The translations under genes were made by a program, and so were the position numbers. 64,000 nt of DNA from Guillardia theta CCMP2712. Its lineage: Eukaryota; Protista; Cryptophyta. The notes under the pieces were generated by a model. That model made no database searches. It was not told the DNA's origin and saw only the letters and a program-made list of their open reading frames with translations. The stretch spans positions 170,152-234,151 of the forward strand of contig NW_005434582.1 of NCBI RefSeq assembly GCF_000315625.1. Reading direction: 5' to 3'. Shown here piece after piece: positions 58,271 through 64,000 of this stretch (position 1 is the stretch's first letter; each line of letters starts with the position of its first letter).

Positions 58271-59299
58271 CTGACTATGGCGCGATGGATGCTGGTTGTA
58301 GCGACGGCCATGGCCATGGCGACCATGGTGCAAGGAGACAGAGGAACTACTCTCCTGGCTCACCGACATGCCTTCACTCCTCTCAGGTAGAAGAGACCAT
58401 CGCATGAGAAAGCTGCGATGGCCTCGGTCATAGCAGCGAACACCAGTGTGAACATTTATGACATGGTCTGCCGATACATCACAAACATATCCCTCGTGCG
58501 CCAGCTCCTGATATGAAGCACTGATATGATGATTCTGTTTGACAAGTACGACCAGTCGTCCTTCTGACACCTTGTTTCTAGCAGGAGCGGGCAGATCCGC
58601 AGGAGAAACATGTGCGCGGTCGCTATCCCTGGTGACTCAGTTGGGGAGGAAGTATTCGTTAGAGGCTTCCAGAACTTTCTTACTCTCTACCAGAATCTCC
58701 TGGTTGCCAGAGTGCTGTGAGTCAGAGACGCTCGTACCCATCGATGTTCCTCTTGACGAGTTCGCTGGCAGCCTTTCCTGGTTCCCTTCCGCGCAGTCCA
58801 TTGGAGCTCTCCAGCCCCTCTACAACGTCTGTGATCCGTAAGGCGTGTAGAGGCATCTATGCATGGTCTGAAGCTGTCTTGAAAGCTATCTCAACACTTT
58901 TCGTGGAATCATTCCGCCGATCGGCGGCATTGATCTCTCTCCCATCCTCGCTTTCACCCTTCTCCAAGTGTCAGCCGGTGCCATGGTTTCCCTGGGCGCG
59001 GAGACCCCGCGGAGGGTAATTGCTCGTCCTTGCGTGCTCACTGACGAAAGATCTGATCGTCTCTCCAGGGATACGAGGGATGGGCGAGAGTCCCCGAGCA
59101 GAAGGTCAACCATTCTGCCGATGGTTGTCAATGTGTCTGACTTGGTGTCTTTCCCGAGCAGGTCGGCATCTGCGAAGCATTTGTCAAGAGGAGGTTCAAC
59201 TTGTGAGTGAATGAATCAAGATCTTGGTCGATTGCTTGCCAAGTTTGCTTCCCCACTGCCAACCCCCCGACATCCTTCGCTGCCACCGAGTGCGGCAGT

Positions 59300-59840
59300 C
59301 CACCCCGTGACTCGGCGGCAGACGAAGTGAGACTCTAAGGGAAAGAGCATAAGACAACACGATCACTTGTCACGAGACTTGAAATGCCATTGAAAAGCAT
59401 GTGTCAGAATTTGCTGGACGATGAGCTGACGGCCCGGTGTATTTCGTTCCATACTGCCGCCGGCATCTCATCACTGCCAGTGTGATCAACGCGGCCAGTC
59501 AGTCACTCGGATCGCCGCTGCCAGAGCCTCCCGGAGTCCGAGGCTGGGACTCGGTCCACTGCCAGGACTCGGAAGTTGATGGTGGGGAGTCACTGAGCCG
59601 CCGCGCGTCACTGCGTTGCTGCAAGTTGGGATCAGTGGGGCGAAGCCTTCAGTCTCCGTACGATGTGACTCGAAGGTAGGCTCTGAAGACCCCGTAGGGG
59701 GGCGGACTCCGAACTCGGGGGACCGGGAGCCTGACGGTCCGGGCCCGCCTTTATATATTATGTTGGCCACCTCTGACTGGGGTACTTGCTGGATTATCTA
59801 GGGGTGGGGGTGGGGCTGGGGGTGGGGGCCGAGGGGTTTG
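59300..59840. promoter_or_regulatory. Type B block followed by a short G-run (type A-like) segment upstream of lpdA
   Basis: GAGTC/GACTC/CAGT/CCGG-rich, followed by ggggtac and ggggtgggggtgggg runs. Confidence 0.33.
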
Positions 59841-59880
59841 AGTGTGAGGATCCTGAAGAGGAGGAAGGGGCAAGAACAGG

Positions 59881-60043
<163 letters not shown>

Positions 60044-60474
60044 GGTGTGTCAGGAGAGGAAGGTTCATTGGAAGATGGAAATAATACAAAGAGTCAAACT
60101 CCGGGAAGCACAAGAAACTGCGGGGAGAGGGAGAGGATGTACTGCTGCAGTCAAGGGCTGGTGTAGGGTTACATGGTAGAAAAGCGGAGAAGGGAGGACA
60201 AATGTGGGAGGGGGCGAAGGGTGAAGCGGATAGGAGTGCGAGGATTGGTAGATGATTCAGAGTACAAGACCTCTGCACATCAATGATGAAACAACACGGA
60301 TGTGAATGCAGATGAGGGGAGGCTGGGCAGGGAGTTGAGGGTAGAAAGCGAGCAGGTCAGGAGACCCTTGCCGAGGGTCGAGGGAACGAGTGATAGTGTA
60401 GTCGATGTGCTCTGGCATAACATAAAAAGCCTCTCGCTGCCTGCGTTGCCGATCTGACTCTAGTCCCTTGCCAG

Positions 60475-63400
60475 ATGTACAGTCGCACCGCCCTCTCCGT
60501 CACCTTACTTGCTGCACTGTGCGGCGTGGATGCCTTCATGGCTCCTGTCATGCCTTCCCTGCGATCGGCCACCTCCTCTCGCTCGAGCATCCATGCTCTG
60601 AACCACAGACAAGGTTCGCTTCAGCAGGCAAACTTCCTCCTGCGTCCTCGCGTCGCTGCACACAAGGCGACGGCGCTGAGGATGGCAGGATCCGAGTTCG
60701 ACTATGACGTTATCATCATCGGATGCGGAGTAGGAGGACATGGAGCTGCTCTTCATGCCCGTGGAAAGGTGAGGGAGGAGAAGGAGAGGGAGGAGAGGGA
60801 GAGATGGAGCAGAGGGGAAAGAAGGGACAGGCGTAGACGAGGGAGGGAGGGGAGAGAGGAGTGAGGAGAAAAGGAAAATGCGCAGATGAGGGAAGAAAGG
60901 GAGGGAGGAGATGATAGGACTGGTGAAGGAGAAGAAATGACATGGGGATATGAAGGGCTTGAAGACGGCGATCTTCACTGGAAGGGACGTCGGAGGAACC
61001 TGCGTCAACAGAGGATGTGTTCCTTCGAAGGCCCTGCTGGCTGCCGCAGGACGAGTCAGGGAGATGAGGGACCAGAAGCATCTCGAGGGTTTCGGGATCA
61101 AAGTTGAGGGAGAAGTGAAGTACGACCGCGAGAAGGTAAGAGGAGGAGGGAGGGGAAGAGAGGAGATGGAGGAGGAAGGTCAGGGGGGGGGGTAGGGAAG
61201 GGGTAACGAGGTTGAAGGGAGATGTATGAGTGCAGGAGGAGGGAGAGAGATAGCTGAGGAGAGGAGGAGGAGGAGGAGGAGGAGGAGGAGGAGGCTCGTG
61301 GGGCTGACGCACAGGTGCAGGTGGCGGCTCATGCTGATCAGCTGTCTAAGAACGTCGCCAAGAACTTGGGCAACTCGCTCGAGGCCCTCGGGGTTGACGT
61401 CATCCCTGAGGCTGGCCTGCTCGTGGGCCCCAACAAGGTGAGAAGAATCGAGCTCGTCCTCCCTCCCTCCCTCCCTCCCCCTCCCCTCCTCTGCCTCCCT
61501 TCCTCTGCCTCTCTCTCCCTCCTGTGCTCTTCTTCACCTCATCTCCTCTCTGGCTCTTCCCCGCCCCCCCTCCTGAAAATCTTTCTCCCCTCCCCTTCCC
61601 TCACCCCTCGCTATCACCGACTCTCCTGACGACGCCTGCAGGTCAAGAAGGCTGGAACCGACCAGGTTGTCACCGCAAAGGACATCATCCTTGCTCCTGG
61701 CTCCATGTGAGCATTGCTCTCCTCCTCCTCCTCCTCTGATCCCCCGCAGCCCCTTCGTTCCTCCTNNNNNNNNNNNNNNNNNNNNNNNNNNNNNNNNNNN
61801 NNNNNNNNNNNNNNNNNNNNNNNNNNNNNNNNNNNNNNNNNNNNNNNNNNNNNNNNNNNNNNNNNNNNNNNNNNNNNNNNNNNNNNNNNNNNNNNNNNNN
61901 NNNNNNNNNNNNNNNNNNNNNNNNNNNNNNNNNNNNNNNNNNNNNNNNNNNNNNNNNNNNNNNNNNNNNNNNNNNNNNNNNNNNNNNNNNNNNNNNNNNN
62001 NNNNNNNNNNNNNNNNNNNNNNNNNNNNNNNNNNNNNNNNNNNNNNNNNNNNNNNNNNNNNNNNNNNNNNNNNNNNNNNNNNNNNNNNNNNNNNNNNNNN
62101 NNNNNNNNNNNNNNNNNNNNNNNNNNNNNNNNNNNNNNNNNNNNNNNNNNNNNNNNNNNNNNNNNNNNNNNNNNNNNNNNNNNNNNNNNNNNNNNNNNNN
62201 NNNNNNNNNNNNNNNNNNNNNNNNNNNNNNNNNNNNNNNNNNNNNNNNNNNNNNNNNNNNNNNNNNNNNNNNNNNNNNNNNNNNNNNNNNNNNNNNNNNN
62301 NNNNNNNNNNNNNNNNNNNNNNNNNNNNNNNNNNNNNNNNNNNNNNNNNNNNNNNNNNNNNNNNNNNNNNNNNNNNNNNNNNNNNNNNNNNNNNNNNNNN
62401 NNNNNNNNNNNNNNNNNNNNNNNNNNNNNNNNNNNNNNNNNNNNNNNNNNNNNNNNNNNNNNNNNNNNNNNNNNNNNNNNNNNNNNNNNNNNNNNNNNNN
62501 NNNNNNNNNNNNNNNNNNNNNNNNNNNNNNNNNNNNNNNNNNNNNNNNNNNNNNNNNNNNNNNNNNNNNNNNNNNNNNNNNNNNNNNNNNNNCTTCTTCT
62601 CTCTCCCACTTCTTTACCTTCTCTCTCCCTCTCTTCTCTTCCTTTCTTCATCATCTTCTCCCCTCCTCACATTTTGATCTCTCGCGCTCTCTCTCTTAAT
62701 TTCGTCTCAGGTTGATTCAGCCTCGCAAGGTCGACGGCTACACCAGCGTCTTTGCTACCGAGGTTTGTGACCCTCCTCCCTCCTCCCTCCTCCCTCCTCC
62801 CTCCTCCCTCCTCCCTCCTCCCTCCTCCCTCCTCCCTCCTCCCTCCTCCCTCCTCCTCTCTCAATCTTTCACTGTACTCATCCTCCTCCCTCTCCTGCTC
62901 CCCTCCTCCCATTCCTCTTCCCTCACTCTCTCCCCCTCCCTTCCTCTCGTCTCACCCTTCATCGTTCAGGTTGTGCCGGGCGAGCCGGGCAAGAAGCCGG
63001 TCAAGATCAAGCTCGTGGACGCTAAGGTAGGAGGAGGTGACAAGTCTTGTGGTGGGGTGACGGGAGGACGCAGACCAAGGAGGAGATTCCCGACTCTCCT
63101 CTCTACGTGGACGCTGCTCTCGTGTGCACAGGTGACAGGAGGAGGAGAGGGGAGGGTGTGGAGAGGCATGGAAGAGGAGGAGAAAGAGCGGGCAGGAGTT
63201 GGTTTGAGGAGGAAATGGAGGAGGAGGAGGAGGAGGAGGCTGATGACGAGTCAGGTCGTGTCCCCAACACGAAGACCCTGGGGCTTGAGAACATGGGGAT
63301 CGAGACAGTTCGCGGGTTTGTGCAGGTGAACGAGAAGATGCAGGTGCTGAACAAGGAGGGAGGAAGCGTCATCCCCAACCTCTACTGCATCGGCGATGCC

Positions 63401-63769
63401 AATGGCAAGATGATGTTGGCACATGCTGCGTCTGCTCAAGGAATCTCTGCCGTCGAGAACATCTGCGGGCATCCGCACGCAGTCGACCACAACGCCATCC
63501 CCGCCGCTTGCTTCACCCACCCTGAGATCGCCATGGTCGGCCTCACCGAGGAGCAGGCGAAGAAGAAGGCTGAGGTGAGGGAGAGGCGTGTGGGAAGAAG
63601 GCGGGGGGGGGGGAGCGAAGAGAGGAGAGGAGAGAAAGGAAGAGGAGCGGGAGAAGTTTGAGATCTTATGACCAGGCTGAGGGCTTCACTCTCGGCAAGT
63701 CTACCGGCAGCTTCCGCGCCAACTCCAAGGCCCTGGCTGAGCTCGAGGGAACGGTGAGTGAGGATGAAG

Positions 63770-63822
<53 letters not shown>

Positions 63823-64000
63823 TAGGAGCAGGAGCTCGTCTGACGGAGCGAGCAGGGCATGGCCAAGTGCTTGTTCAACAAGGATACCGGCAAGGTGCTG
63901 GGAGTTCACATCATCGGCATCCACGCGTCCGACCTCATCCAAGAGTGCGCCAACGCCATCGCTGCCGGAACCACCGTGCAGGAGCTGTCGATGATGGTGA
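60475..64000 (+). CDS. lpdA: Plastid-targeted dihydrolipoamide dehydrogenase (E3 of plastid pyruvate dehydrogenase); 3' end outside the window
   Basis: [37 protein letters not shown] (redox-active CxxxxC), [65 protein letters not shown]. Bipartite presequence [21 protein letters not shown]. Confidence 0.93.
61766..62592. other. Assembly gap (827 N) inside lpdA
   Basis: N run. The NAD-binding-domain exons are not visible and presumably lie here. Confidence 0.95.
63770..63835. repeat. (GGAGCA)n microsatellite in an lpdA intron
   Basis: Tandem hexamer array. Confidence 0.9.

Noticed and set aside
58300-59250. Possible gene or pseudogene between the homeobox gene and lpdA
   Set aside because: Only short ORFs on both strands, no recognisable domain and no convincing exon chain.
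61614-62715. ORFs spanning the N run
   Set aside because: Artefacts of the assembly gap.

Overview
Gene-dense, intron-rich eukaryotic nuclear DNA. The source is most likely an alga with a complex red plastid, probably a cryptophyte. This is inferred from the bipartite 'signal peptide + A-F' presequence on a cyanobacterial-type dihydrolipoamide dehydrogenase, a flagellar CCDC40 gene and many ~50-nt GT-AG introns. About 17 protein genes, one pseudogene and one tRNA-Ser(GCT) can be reconstructed by hand-splicing. They include a giant modular LRR protein, a coiled-coil/TKL kinase, an FAD-oxidoreductase + cyclopropane-synthase + TLC-like triple fusion, a BOR1-like SLC4 transporter, a JmjN/JmjC demethylase and two EF-hand paralogues sharing a 240-bp conversion tract. 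Also present are CCDC40, a long-loop GATA-like zinc finger protein, a KNOX-like TALE homeobox gene and plastid LpdA. The most striking unexplained structure is non-coding. Intergenic regions in front of gene starts carry two stereotyped DNA types in a fixed order: a distal GC-rich block built from a shared vocabulary of exact motifs (e.g. TTTACTCAAAGTTAAGTTAAAAAT x3, ATCCGATGATCA x3, TACCGTACGGTA-type palindromes, TGAGTCA), and a proximal TACCC/GGGTA-saturated block. Neither type was seen between convergent 3' ends. Exon boundaries are manual inferences and gene ends are approximate where stated.
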